Shown here piece after piece: positions 27,801 to 41,300 of a stretch of DNA of 64,000 nucleotides (the first letter of the stretch is position 1; each line of letters starts with the position of its first letter). The notes below the pieces were generated by a model that saw nothing but the letters and a program-made list of their open reading frames with translations, was not told the DNA's origin and searched no databases. The stretch covers positions 276,148,001 to 276,212,000 of the forward strand of contig OZ024742.1 in NCBI GenBank assembly GCA_964016885.1. Direction: 5' to 3'. This stretch comes from Eledone cirrhosa. Taxonomy: Eukaryota. The position numbers and the translations under genes were made by a program.

Positions 27801-30800
27801 CTACCACTACGACTATAGTCACTGCTCCTACCTGACATACTATAGCCCACAGATATGTTCTCTCCCCTCTCTGTCAGTTCTATTACTACAACTGTAGTCT
27901 CTGCTCCTACCTGACATACTCTAGCTCACAGATATGTTGTCTCCCCTCTCTCTCAGTTCTACCACTACAACTGTAGTCTCTGCTCCTACCTGACATACTC
28001 TAACCCACAGATATGTTGTCTCCCCTGTCTGTCAGTTCTACCACTACAACTGTAGTCTCTGCTCCTCACTGACATACTCTAGCATACAGATATGTTGTCT
28101 CCCCTCTCTGTCAGTTCTGCCACTACAACTGTAGTCTCTGCTCCTCACTGACATACTCTAGCCCACACATATGTTGTCTCCCCTCTCTGTCAGTTCTACT
28201 ACTACAACTGTAGTCTCTTCTCCTAACTGACATACTCTAACACACAGATATGTTGTCTCCCCTCTCTCTCAGTTCTACCACTACAACTGTAGTCTCTGCT
28301 CCTACCTAACATACTCTAGCCCACAGATATGTTCTCTCCCCTCTCTGTCAGTTCTACCACTACAACTATAGTCTCTGCTCCTCACTGACATACTCTAGCC
28401 CACAGATATGTTGTCTCCCCTCTCTGTCAGTTCTACCACTACAACTGTATTCTCTGCTCCTACCTGACATACTCTAGCTCACAGATATGTTGTCTTCCCT
28501 CTCTGTCAGTTCTACCACTACAACTATAGTCTCTGCTCCTACCTGACATACTCTAGCCCACAGCGATGTTTTCTTCCCTCTCTGTCAGTTCTACCACTAC
28601 AACTGTAGTCTCTGCTCCTACCTGACATACTCTAACACACAGATATGTTGTCTCCCCTGTCTGTCAGTTCTACCACTACAACTGTAGTCTCTGCTCCTCA
28701 CTGACATACTCTAGCCCACAGATATGTTGTCTCCCCTCTCTGTCAGTTCTGCCACTACAACTGTAGTCTCTCCTCCTCATTGACATACTCTAGCCCACAC
28801 ATATGTTGTCTCCCCTCTCTGTCAGTTCTACTACTACAACTGTAGTCTCTTCTCCTACCTGACATACTCTAACACACAGATATGTTGTCTCCCCTCTCTG
28901 TCAGTTCTGCCACTACAACTGTAGTCTCTGCTCCTAACTGACATACTTAAGCCCACAGATATGTTGTCTCCCCTCTCTGTCAGTTCTACCACTACAACTA
29001 TATTCTCTGCTGCTACCTGACATACTCAAGCCCACAGATATGTTGTCTCCCGTCTCTGTCAGTTCTACCACTACAACTGTAGTCTCTGCTTCTACCTCAC
29101 ATACTCTAACCCACAGATATGTTGACTCCCTTCTCTCTCAGTTCTACCATTACAACTAAAGTCTCTGCTCCTACATGACATACTCTAGCCCACAGCTATG
29201 TTGTGTCCCCTCTCTGTCAGTTCTACGACTACAACTATAGTCTCTGCTCCTACCTGACATACTCTAGCCCACAGAAATGTTGTCTCCCCTCTCTGTCAGT
29301 TCTACCACTACAACTATAGTCTCTGCTCCTCACTGACATACTCTAGCCCACAGATATGTTGTCTCTCATCTCTGTCAGTTCTACCACTACAACTATAGTC
29401 TCTGCTTCTACCTGACATACTCTAACCCATAGATATGTTGTCTTCCCTCTCTGTCAGTTCTACCACTACAACTGTAGTCTCTGCTCCTCACTGACATACT
29501 CTAGCTCACAGATATGTTGTCTCCCCTCTCTGTCATTTCTACCACTACAACTGTAGTATCTTCTCCTCACTGACATACTCTAGCCCACAGATATGTTGTC
29601 TCCCCTCTCTGTCAGTTCTACCACTACAACTATAGTCTCTGCTCCTCACTGACATACTCTAGCCCACAGATATGTTGTCTCTCATCTCTGTCAGTTCTAC
29701 CACTACAACTATAGTCTCTGCTTCTACCTGACATACTCTAACCCATAGATATGTTGTCTTCCCTCTCTGTCAGTTCTACCACTACAACTATAGTCCCTGC
29801 TCCTATCTGACATACACTAGTCCACAGATATTTTGTCTCCTCTCTCTGTCAGTTCTACCACTACAACTATAATCTCTGCTCCTACCTGACATACTCTAGC
29901 TCATAGATATGTTGTCTCCCCTCTCTGTCAGTTCTACCACTACAACTATAGTCTCTGCTCCTATTTGACATACCCTAGCCCACACATATGTTGTCTCCTC
30001 TCTCTGTCAGTTCTACCACTACAACTGCAGTCTCTACTCCTACCTGACATACTCTAGCCCACAGATATGTTTTCTCCTCTCTCTGTCAGTTCTACCACTA
30101 CAACTATATTCTCTGCTCCTATCTGACATACTCTAGCCCACAGATATTTTGTCTCCTCTCTCTGTCAGTTCTACCACTACAACTATAATCTCTGCTCCTA
30201 CCTGACATACTCTAGCTCACAGATATGTTGTCTCCCCTCTCTGTCAGTTCTACCACTACAACTGTAGTATCTGCTCCTCACTGATATACTCTAGCCCTCA
30301 TATATGTTGTCTCCCCTCTCTGTCAGTTCTACCTCTACAACTATAGTCTCTGCTCCTATCTGACATACTCTAGCCCACAGATATGTTGTCTCCCCTCTCT
30401 GTCATTTCTACCATTACAACTGTAGTCTCTGCTCCTCACTGACATACTCTAACACACAGACATGTTGTCTCCCCTCTTTGTCAGTTCTACCACTACAACT
30501 GTAGTCTCTGCTCCTACCTGACATACTCTAGCCGACAAATGTGTTCTCTCCACCTCTTTGTCAGTTCTACCACTACAACTGTAGTTTCTGCTCCTCACAG
30601 ACATACTCTAGCCCACAGATATGTTGTCTCCCCTCTCTGTCAGTTCTACCACTACAACTGTCGTCTCTGCTCTTCACTGACATACTCTAGCTCACAGATA
30701 TGTTGTCTCCCCTCTCTGTCAGTTCTACCTCTACAACTATAGTCTCTACTCCTACCTGACATACTCTAGCCCACAGAAATGTTGTCTCCCTTCTCTGTCA

Positions 30801-32324
30801 GATCTACCACTACAACTGTAGTCTCTGCTCCTCACTGACATACTCTAGATCACAGATATGTTGTCTGCCCTCTCTGTCAGTTCTACCAGTACAACTGTAG
30901 TATCTTCTCCTCACTGACATACTCTAGCCCACAGATATGTTGTCTCCCCTCTCTGTCAGTTCTACCACTACAACTATAGTCTCTGCTCCTACCTGACATA
31001 CCCTAACCCACAGATATGTTGTTTCCCCTCTCTGTCAGTTCTACCACTACAACTATAGTCTCTGCTTCTACCTGACATACTCTAACCCATAGATATGTTG
31101 TCTTCCCTCTCTGTCAGTTCTACCACTACAACTATAGTCTCTGCTCCTATCTGACATACTCTAGCCCACAGATATGTTGTCTCCTCTCTCTGTCAGTTCT
31201 ACCACTACAACTGTAGTATCTGCTCCTACCTGACATACTCTAGCCCACAGATATGTTGTCTCCTCTCTCTGTCATTTCTACCACTACAACTGTAGTCTCT
31301 GCTCCTACCTTACAAACTCTAGCTCACAGATATGTTGTCTTCCCTCTCTGTCAGTTCTACCTCTACAACTATAATCTCTGCTCCTACCTGACATACTCTA
31401 GATCACAGATATGTTGTCTCCCCTCTCTGTCAGTTCTACCACTACAACTGTAGTCTCTGTTCCTACCTGACAAACTCTAGCTCACAGATATGTTGTCTCC
31501 CCTCTCTGTCAGTTCTACCACTACAACTATAATCTCTTCTCCCCACTGACATACTCTAGCCCACAGATATGTTGTCTCCCCTCTCTGTCAGTTCTACCAC
31601 TACATCTATAGTCTCTGCTCCTCACTGACATACTCTAGCCCACAGGTATGTTGTCACCCCTCTCTGTCAGTTCTACCACTACAACTGTAGTCTCTGTTCC
31701 TACCTGACATACTCTAGCTCATAGATCTGTTGTCTCCTCTCTCTGTCAGTTCTACTACTACAACTATAGTCTATGCTCCTATCTGACATACTCTAGCCCA
31801 CAGATATTTTGTCTCCTCTCTCTGTCAGTTCTACCACTACAACTATAATCTCTGCTCCTACCTGACATACTCTAGCTCACAGATATGTTGTCTCCCCTCT
31901 CTGTCAGTTCTACCACTACAACTGTAGTATCTGCTCCTCACTGATATACTCTAGCCCTCATATATGTTGTCTCCCCTCTCTGTCAGTTCTACCTCTACAA
32001 CTATAGTCTCTCCTACTCACTGACATACTCTAACCCACAGATATGTTGTCTCCCCTCTCTGACAGTTCTACCATTACAACTATAGTCTCTGCTCCTATCT
32101 GACATACTCTAGCCCACAGATATGTTGTCTCCCCTCTCTGTCATTTCTACCATTACAACTGTAGTCTCTGCTCCTCACTGACATACTCTAACCCACAGAC
32201 ATGTTGTCTCCCCTCTTTGTCAGTTCTACCACTACAACTGTAGTCTCTGCTCCTACCTGACATACTCTAGCCGACAAATGTGTTCTCTCCACCTCTCTGT
32301 CAGTTCTACCACTACAACTGTCGT

Positions 32325-35300
32325 CTCTGCTCTTCACTGACATACTCTAGCTCACAGATATGTTGTCTCCCCTCTCTGTCAGTTCTACCACTACAACTAT
32401 AGTCTCTACTCCTACCTGACATACTCTAGCCCACAGAAATGTTGTCTCCCCTCTCTGTCAGATCTACCACTACAACTGTAGTCTCTGCTACTCACTGACA
32501 TACTCTAGATCACAGATATGTTGTCTCCCCTCTCTGTCAGTTCTACCACTACAACTGTAGTATCTTCTCCTCACTGACATACTCTAGCCCACAGATATGT
32601 TGTCTCCCCTCTCTGTCAGTTCTACCACTACAACTATAGTCTCTGCTCCTACCTGACATACTCTAACCCACAGATATGTTGTCTCCCCTCTCTGTCAGTT
32701 CTACCACTACAACTGTAGTCTCTGCTACTACCTGACATACTCTAACCCATAGATATGTTGTCTTCCCTCTCTGTCAGTTCTACCACTACAACTATAGTCT
32801 CTGCTCCTATCTGACATACTCTAGCCCACAGATATGTTGTCTCCTCTCTCTGTCAGTTTTACCAATACAACTAAAATCTCTGCTCCTACCTGACATACTC
32901 TAGCTCACAGATATGTTGTCTCCTCTCTCTGTCAGTTCTACCACTACAACTGTAGTATCTGCTCCTACCTGACATACTCTAGCCCACAGATATGTTGTCT
33001 CCTCTCTCTGTCATTTCTACCACTACAACTGTAGTCTCTGCTCCTACCTGACAAACTCTAGCTCACAGATATGTTGTCTTCCCTCTCTGTCAGTTCTACC
33101 TCTACAACTATAATCTCTGCTCCTACCTGACAAACTCTAGCTCACAGATATGTTGTCTCCCCTCTCTGTCAGTTCTACCACTACAACTATAATCTCTGCT
33201 CCCCACTGACATACTCTAGCCCACAGATATGTTGTCTCCCCTCTCTGTCAGTTCTACCACTACATCTATAGTCTCTGCTCCTCACTGACATACTCTAGCC
33301 CACAGATATGTTGTCTCCCCTCTCTGTCAGTTCTACCACTACAACTATAGTCTCTGTTCCTACCTGACATACTCTAGCTCATAGATCTGTTGTCTCCTCT
33401 CTCTGTCAGTTCTACTACTACAACTATAGTCTATGCTCCTATCTGACATAATCTAGCCCACAGATATTTTGTCTCATCTCTCTGTCAGTTCTACCACTAC
33501 AACTATAATCTCTGCTCCTACCTGACATACTCTAGCCCACAGATATGTTGTCTCCCCTCTCTGTCAGTTCTACCACTACAACTCTAGTCTCTGCTCCTAC
33601 CTGACATACTCTAGCCCACAGATATGTTGTCTCCTCTCTCCGTCAGTTCTACCACTACAACTGTAGTCTCTGCACCTACCTGACATAATCTAGCTCACAG
33701 ATAAGTTGTCTCCCCTCTCTGTCAGTTCTACCACTACAACTGTAGTCTCTGCTCCTACCTGACATACACTAGCCCACAGATATGTTGTCTCCCCTCTCTG
33801 TCAGTTCTATCACTACAACTATAGTCGCTGCTCCTCACCTACATACTCTAGCTCACACATATGTTGTCTCCCCTCTCTGTCAGTTCTACCACTACAACTG
33901 TAGTCTCTGCTCCTACCTGACATACTCTAGCCCACAGATATGTTGTCTCCCCTCTCTGTCAGTTCTACCACTACAACTATAGTCTCTGCTCCTACCTGAC
34001 ATACTCTAGCCCACAGATATGTTGTCTCCCCTCTCTGTCAGTTCTACCACTACAACTATAGTCACTGCTCCTACCTGACATACTCTAGCCCACAGATATG
34101 TTCTCTCCCCTCTCTGTCAGTTCTACCACTACAACTGTAGTCTCTGCTCCTACCTGACATACTCTAGCTCACAGATATGTTGTCTCCCCTCTCTCTCAGT
34201 TCTACCACTACAACTGTAGTCTCTGCTCCTACCTGACATACTCTAGCCCACAGATATGTTATCTCCCCTCTCTGTCAGTTCTACCACTACAACTATAGTC
34301 TCTGCTCCTCACTGACATACTCTAGCCCACAGATATGTTGTCTCCCCTCTCTGTCAGTTCTACCACTACAACTATAGTCTCTGCTCCTCACTGACATACT
34401 CTAGCTCACAGATATGTTGTATTCCTTCTCTGTCAGTTCTACAACTATAGTCTCTGCTCCTACCTGACATACTCTAGCTCACTGATATGTTGTCTTCCCT
34501 CTCTGTCAGTTCTACCACTACAACTATAGTCTCTGCTCCTACCTGACACACTCTAGCCCACAGATATGTTGTCTCCCCTCTCTGTCAGTTCTACCACTAC
34601 AACTATAGTCTCTGCTCCTACCTGACATACTCTAACCCACAGATATGTTGTCTCCCCTCTCTGTCAGTTCTACCACTACAACTCTAGTCTCTGCTCCTAC
34701 CTGACATACTTAAGCCCACAGATATGTTGTCGCCCTTCTGTGTCAGTTCTACCACTACAACTATAGTCTCTGCTCCTACCTGACATACTTAAGCCCACAG
34801 ATATGTTTTCTCCCCTCTCTGTCAGTTCTGCCACTACAACTGTAGTCTCTGCTCCTCACTGACATACTCTAGCCCACAGATATGTTGTCTCCCCTCTCTG
34901 TCAGTTCTACTACTACAACTGTAGTCTCTGCTCCTCACTGACATACTCTAACCCACAGATATGTTGTCTCCCCTCTCTGTCAGTTCTACCACTACAACTA
35001 TAGTCTCTTCTCCTACCTGACATACTCTAACACACAGATATGTTGTCTCCCCTCTCTGTCAGTTCTACCACTACAACTATAGTCTCTGCTCCTCACTGAC
35101 ATACTCTAACCCACAGATATGTTGTCTCCCCTCTCTGTCAGTTCTAACACTACAACTATAGTCTCTGCTCCTATCTGACCTACTCTAGCCCACATATATG
35201 TTGTCTCCCCTCTCTGTCAGTTCTACCACTACAACTATAGTCTCTGCTCCTACCTGACATACTTTAGCCCACAGATATGTTGTCTCCCCTCTCAGTCAGT

Positions 35301-38300
35301 TCTGCCACTACAACTGTAGTCTCTGCTCCTCACTGACATACTTAAGCCCACAGATATGTTGTCTCCCCTCTCTGTCAGTTCTACCACTACAACTATAGTC
35401 TCTGCTACTACCTGACATACTCTAACCCACAGATATGTTGTCTCCCGTCTCTGTCAGTTCTACCACTACAACTGTAGTCTCTGCTTCTACCTCACATACT
35501 CTAACCCACAGATATGTTGTCTCCCTTCTCTGTCAGTTCTACGACTACAACTATAGTCTCTGCTCCTACCTGACATACTCTAGCTCACAGATATGTTGTC
35601 TCCCCTCTCTGTCAGTTCTACCACTACAACTATAGTCACTGCTCCTACCTGACATACTCTAGCCCACAGATATGTTGTCTCCCGTCTCTGTCAGTTCTAC
35701 CACTACAACTATAGTCTCTGCTCCTACCTGACATACTCTAGCCCACAGATATGTTGTCTCCCCTCTCTGTCAGTTCTAACACTACAACTGTCGTCTCTGC
35801 TCTTCACTGACATACTCTAACACACAGATATGTTGTCTCCTCTCTCTGTCAGTTCTACCACTACAACTATAGTCTCTGCTCCTACCTGACATACTCTAGC
35901 CCACAGATATGTTGTCTCCCCTCTCTGTCAGTTCTACCACTACAACTATAGTCTCTGCTCCTCACTGACATACTCTAGCCCACAGATATGTTGTCTCTCC
36001 TCTCTGTCAGTTCAACCAGTACAACTGTATTCTCTGCTCCTACCTGACATACTCTAGCCCACAGATATGTTGTCTTCCCTCTCTGTCAGTTCTACCACTA
36101 CAACTATAGTCTCTGCTCCTACCTGACATACTCTAGCCCACAGAGATGTTTTCTTCCCTCTCTGTCAGTTCGACCACTACAACTGTAGTCTCTGCTCCTA
36201 CCTGACATACTCTAACCCACAGATATGTTGTCTCCCCTGTCTGTCAGTTCTACCACTACAACTGTAGTCTCTGCTCCTCACTGACATGCTCTAGCCCACA
36301 GATATGTTGTCTCCCCTCTCTCTCAGTTCTGCCACTACAACTGTAGTCTCTGCTCCTCACTGACATACTCTAGCCCACAGATATGTTGTCTCACCTCTCT
36401 GTCAGTTCTACTACTACAACTGTAGTCTCTTCTCCTACCTGACATACTCTAACACACAGATATGTTGTCTCCCCTCTCTGTCAGTTCTACCACTGCAACT
36501 ATAGTCTCTGCTCCTCACTGACATACTCTAACCCATAGATATGTTGTCTCCCCTCTCTGTCAGTTCTACCACTACAACTATAGTCTCTGCTCCTATCTGA
36601 CCTACTCTAGCCCACATATATGTTGTCTCCCCTCTCTGTCAGTTCTACCACTACAACTATAGTCTCTGCTCCTACCTGACATACTTTAGCCCACAGATAT
36701 GTTGTCTCCCCTCTCTGTCAGTTCTGCCACTACAACTGTAGTCTCTGCTCCTCACTGACATACTTAAGCCCACAGATATGTTGTCTCCCCTCTCTGTCAG
36801 TTCTACCACTACAACTATATTCTCTGCTGCTACCTGACATACTCTAGCCCACAGATATGTTGTCTCCCGTCTCTGTCAGTTCTACCACTTCAACTGTAGT
36901 CTCTGCTTCTACCTCACATACTCTAACCCACAGATATGTTGTCTCCCTTCTCTGTCAGTTCTACCACTACAACTATAGTCTCTGCTCCTACCTGACATAC
37001 TCTAGCCCACAGATATGTTGTCTCCCCTCTCTGTCAGTTCTACCACAACTATAGTCTCTGCTCCTACCTGACATAGTCTAGCCCACATATATGTTGTCTC
37101 CCATCTCTGTCAGTTCTACCACTACAACTATAGTCTCTGCTCCTACCTGACATACTCTAGCCCACAGATATGTTGTCTCCCCTCTCTGTCAGTTCTACCA
37201 CTACAACTATAGTCTCTTCTCCTATCTGACATACTCTAACCCACAGATATGTTGACTCCCTTCTCTCTCAGTTCTACCATTACAACTAAAGTCTCTGCTC
37301 CAACATGACATACTCTAGCCCACAGATATGTTGTGTCCCCTCTCTGTCAGTTCTACGACTACAACTATAGTCTCTGCTCCTACCTGACATACTCTAGCCC
37401 ACAGATATGTTGTCTGCCCTCTCTGTCAGTTCTAACACTACAACTGTCGTCTCTGCTCTTCACTGACATACTCTAGCTCACAGATATGTTGTCTCCCCTC
37501 TCTGTCAGTTCTACCACTACAACTATAGTCTCTGCTCCTACCTGACATACTCTAGCCCACAGAAATGTTGTCTCCCCTCTCTGTCAGTTCTACCACTACA
37601 ACTGTAGTATCTTCTCCTCACTGACATACTCTAGCCCACAGATATGTTGTCTCCCCTCTCTGTCAGTTCTACCACTACAACTATAGTCTCTGCTCCTCAC
37701 TGACATACTCTAGCCCACAGATATGTTGTCTCTCCTCTCTGTCAGTTCTACCACTACAACTATAGTCTCTGCTTCTACCTGACATACTCTAACCCATAGC
37801 TATGTTGTCTTCCCTCTCTGTCAGTTCTACCACTCCAACTATAGTCTCTGCTCCTATCTGACATACTCTAGTCCATAGATATTTTGTCTCCTCTCTCTGT
37901 CAGTTCTACCACTACAACTATAATCTCTGCTCCTACCTGACATACTCTAGCTCACAGATATGTTGTCTCCCCTCTCTGTCAGTTCTACCACTACAACTGT
38001 AGTATCTGCTCCTCACTGATATACTCTAGCCCTCATATATGTTGTCTCCCCTCTCTGTCAGTTCTACCTCTACAACTATAGTCTCTCCTACTCACTGACA
38101 TACTCTAACCCACAGATATGTTGTCTCCCCTCTCTGACAGTTCTACCATTACAACTATAGTCTCTGCTCCTATCTGACATACTCTAGCCGACAAATGTGT
38201 TCTCTCCCCTCTTTGTCAGTTCTACCACTACAACTGTAGTCTCTGCTCTTCACTGACATACTCTAGCTCACAGATATGTTGTCTCCCCTCTCTGTCAGTT

Positions 38301-41300
38301 CTACCACTACAACTATAGTCTCTACTCCTACCTGACATACTCTAGCCCACAGAAATGTTGTCTCCCCTCTCTGTCAGATCTACCACTACAACTGTAGTCT
38401 CTGCTACTCACTGACATACTCTAGATCACAGATATGTTGTCTCCCCTCTCTGTCAGTTCTACCACTACAACTGTAGTATCTTCTCCTCACTGACATACTC
38501 TAGCCCACAGATATGTTGTCTCCCCTCTCTGTCAGTTCTACCACTACAACTATAGTCTCTGCTCCTACCTGACATACTCTAACCCACAGATATGTTGTCT
38601 CCCCTCTCTGTCAGTTCTACCACTACAACTGTAGTCTCTGCTACTACCTGACATACTCTAACCCATAGATATGTTGTCTTCCCTCTCTGTCAGTTCTACC
38701 ACTACAACTATAGTCTCTGCTCCTATCTGACATACTCTAGCCCACAGATATGTTGTCTCCTCTCTCTGTCAGTTTTACCAATACAACTAAAATCTCTGCT
38801 CCTACCTGACATACTCTAGCTCACAGATATGTTGTCTCCTCTCTCTGTCAGTTCTACCACTACAACTGTAGTATCTGCTCCTACCTGACATACTCTAGCC
38901 CACAGATATGTTGTCTCCTCTCTCTGTCATTTCTACCACTACAACTGTAGTCTCTGCTCCTACCTGACAAACTCTAGCTCACAGATATGTTGTCTTCCCT
39001 CTCTGTCAGTTCTACCTCTACAACTATAATCTCTGCTCCTACCTGACAAACTCTAGCTCACAGATATGTTGTCTCCCCTCTCTGTCAGTTCTACCACTAC
39101 AACTATAATCTCTGCTCCCCACTGACATACTCTAGCCCACAGATATGTTGTCTCCCCTCTCTGTCAGTTCTACCACTACATCTATAGTCTCTGCTCCTCA
39201 CTGACATACTCTAGCCCACAGATATGTTGTCTCCCCTCTCTGTCAGTTCTACCACTACAACTATAGTCTCTGTTCCTACCTGACATACTCTAGCTCATAG
39301 ATCTGTTGTCTCCTCTCTCTGTCAGTTCTACTACTACAACTATAGTCTATGCTCCTATCTGACATAATCTAGCCCACAGATATTTTGTCTCATCTCTCTG
39401 TCAGTTCTACCACTACAACTATAATCTCTGCTCCTACCTGACATACTCTAGCCCACAGATATGTTGTCTCCCCTCTCTGTCAGTTCTACCACTACAACTC
39501 TAGTCTCTGCTCCTACCTGACATACTCTAGCCCACAGATATGTTGTCTCCTCTCTCCGTCAGTTCTACCACTACAACTGTAGTCTCTGCACCTACCTGAC
39601 ATAATCTAGCTCACAGATAAGTTGTCTCCCCTCTCTGTCAGTTCTACCACTACAACTGTAGTCTCTGCTCCTACCTGACATACACTAGCCCACAGATATG
39701 TTGTCTCCCCTCTCTGTCAGTTCTATCACTACAACTATAGTCGCTGCTCCTCACCTACATACTCTAGCTCACACATATGTTGTCTCCCCTCTCTGTCAGT
39801 TCTACCACTACAACTGTAGTCTCTGCTCCTACCTGACATACTCTAGCCCACAGATATGTTGTCTCCCCTCTCTGTCAGTTCTACCACTACAACTATAGTC
39901 TCTGCTCCTACCTGACATACTCTAGCCCACAGATATGTTGTCTCCCCTCTCTGTCAGTTCTACCACTACAACTATAGTCACTGCTCCTACCTGACATACT
40001 CTAGCCCACAGATATGTTCTCTCCCCTCTCTGTCAGTTCTACCACTACAACTGTAGTCTCTGCTCCTACCTGACATACTCTAGCTCACAGATATGTTGTC
40101 TCCCCTCTCTCTCAGTTCTACCACTACAACTGTAGTCTCTGCTCCTACCTGACATACTCTAGCCCACAGATATGTTATCTCCCCTCTCTGTCAGTTCTAC
40201 CACTACAACTATAGTCTCTGCTCCTCACTGACATACTCTAGCCCACAGATATGTTGTCTCCCCTCTCTGTCAGTTCTACCACTACAACTATAGTCTCTGC
40301 TCCTCACTGACATACTCTAGCTCACAGATATGTTGTATTCCTTCTCTGTCAGTTCTACAACTATAGTCTCTGCTCCTACCTGACATACTCTAGCTCACTG
40401 ATATGTTGTCTTCCCTCTCTGTCAGTTCTACCACTACAACTATAGTCTCTGCTCCTACCTGACACACTCTAGCCCACAGATATGTTGTCTCCCCTCTCTG
40501 TCAGTTCTACCACTACAACTATAGTCTCTGCTCCTACCTGACATACTCTAACCCACAGATATGTTGTCTCCCCTCTCTGTCAGTTCTACCACTACAACTC
40601 TAGTCTCTGCTCCTACCTGACATACTTAAGCCCACAGATATGTTGTCGCCCTTCTGTGTCAGTTCTACCACTACAACTATAGTCTCTGCTCCTACCTGAC
40701 ATACTTAAGCCCACAGATATGTTTTCTCCCCTCTCTGTCAGTTCTGCCACTACAACTGTAGTCTCTGCTCCTCACTGACATACTCTAGCCCACAGATATG
40801 TTGTCTCCCCTCTCTGTCAGTTCTACTACTACAACTGTAGTCTCTGCTCCTCACTGACATACTCTAACCCACAGATATGTTGTCTCCCCTCTCTGTCAGT
40901 TCTACCACTACAACTATAGTCTCTTCTCCTACCTGACATACTCTAACACACAGATATGTTGTCTCCCCTCTCTGTCAGTTCTACCACTACAACTATAGTC
41001 TCTGCTCCTCACTGACATACTCTAACCCACAGATATGTTGTCTCCCCTCTCTGTCAGTTCTAACACTACAACTATAGTCTCTGCTCCTATCTGACCTACT
41101 CTAGCCCACATATATGTTGTCTCCCCTCTCTGTCAGTTCTACCACTACAACTATAGTCTCTGCTCCTACCTGACATACTTTAGCCCACAGATATGTTGTC
41201 TCCCCTCTCAGTCAGTTCTGCCACTACAACTGTAGTCTCTGCTCCTCACTGACATACTTAAGCCCACAGATATGTTGTCTCCCCTCTCTGTCAGTTCTAC

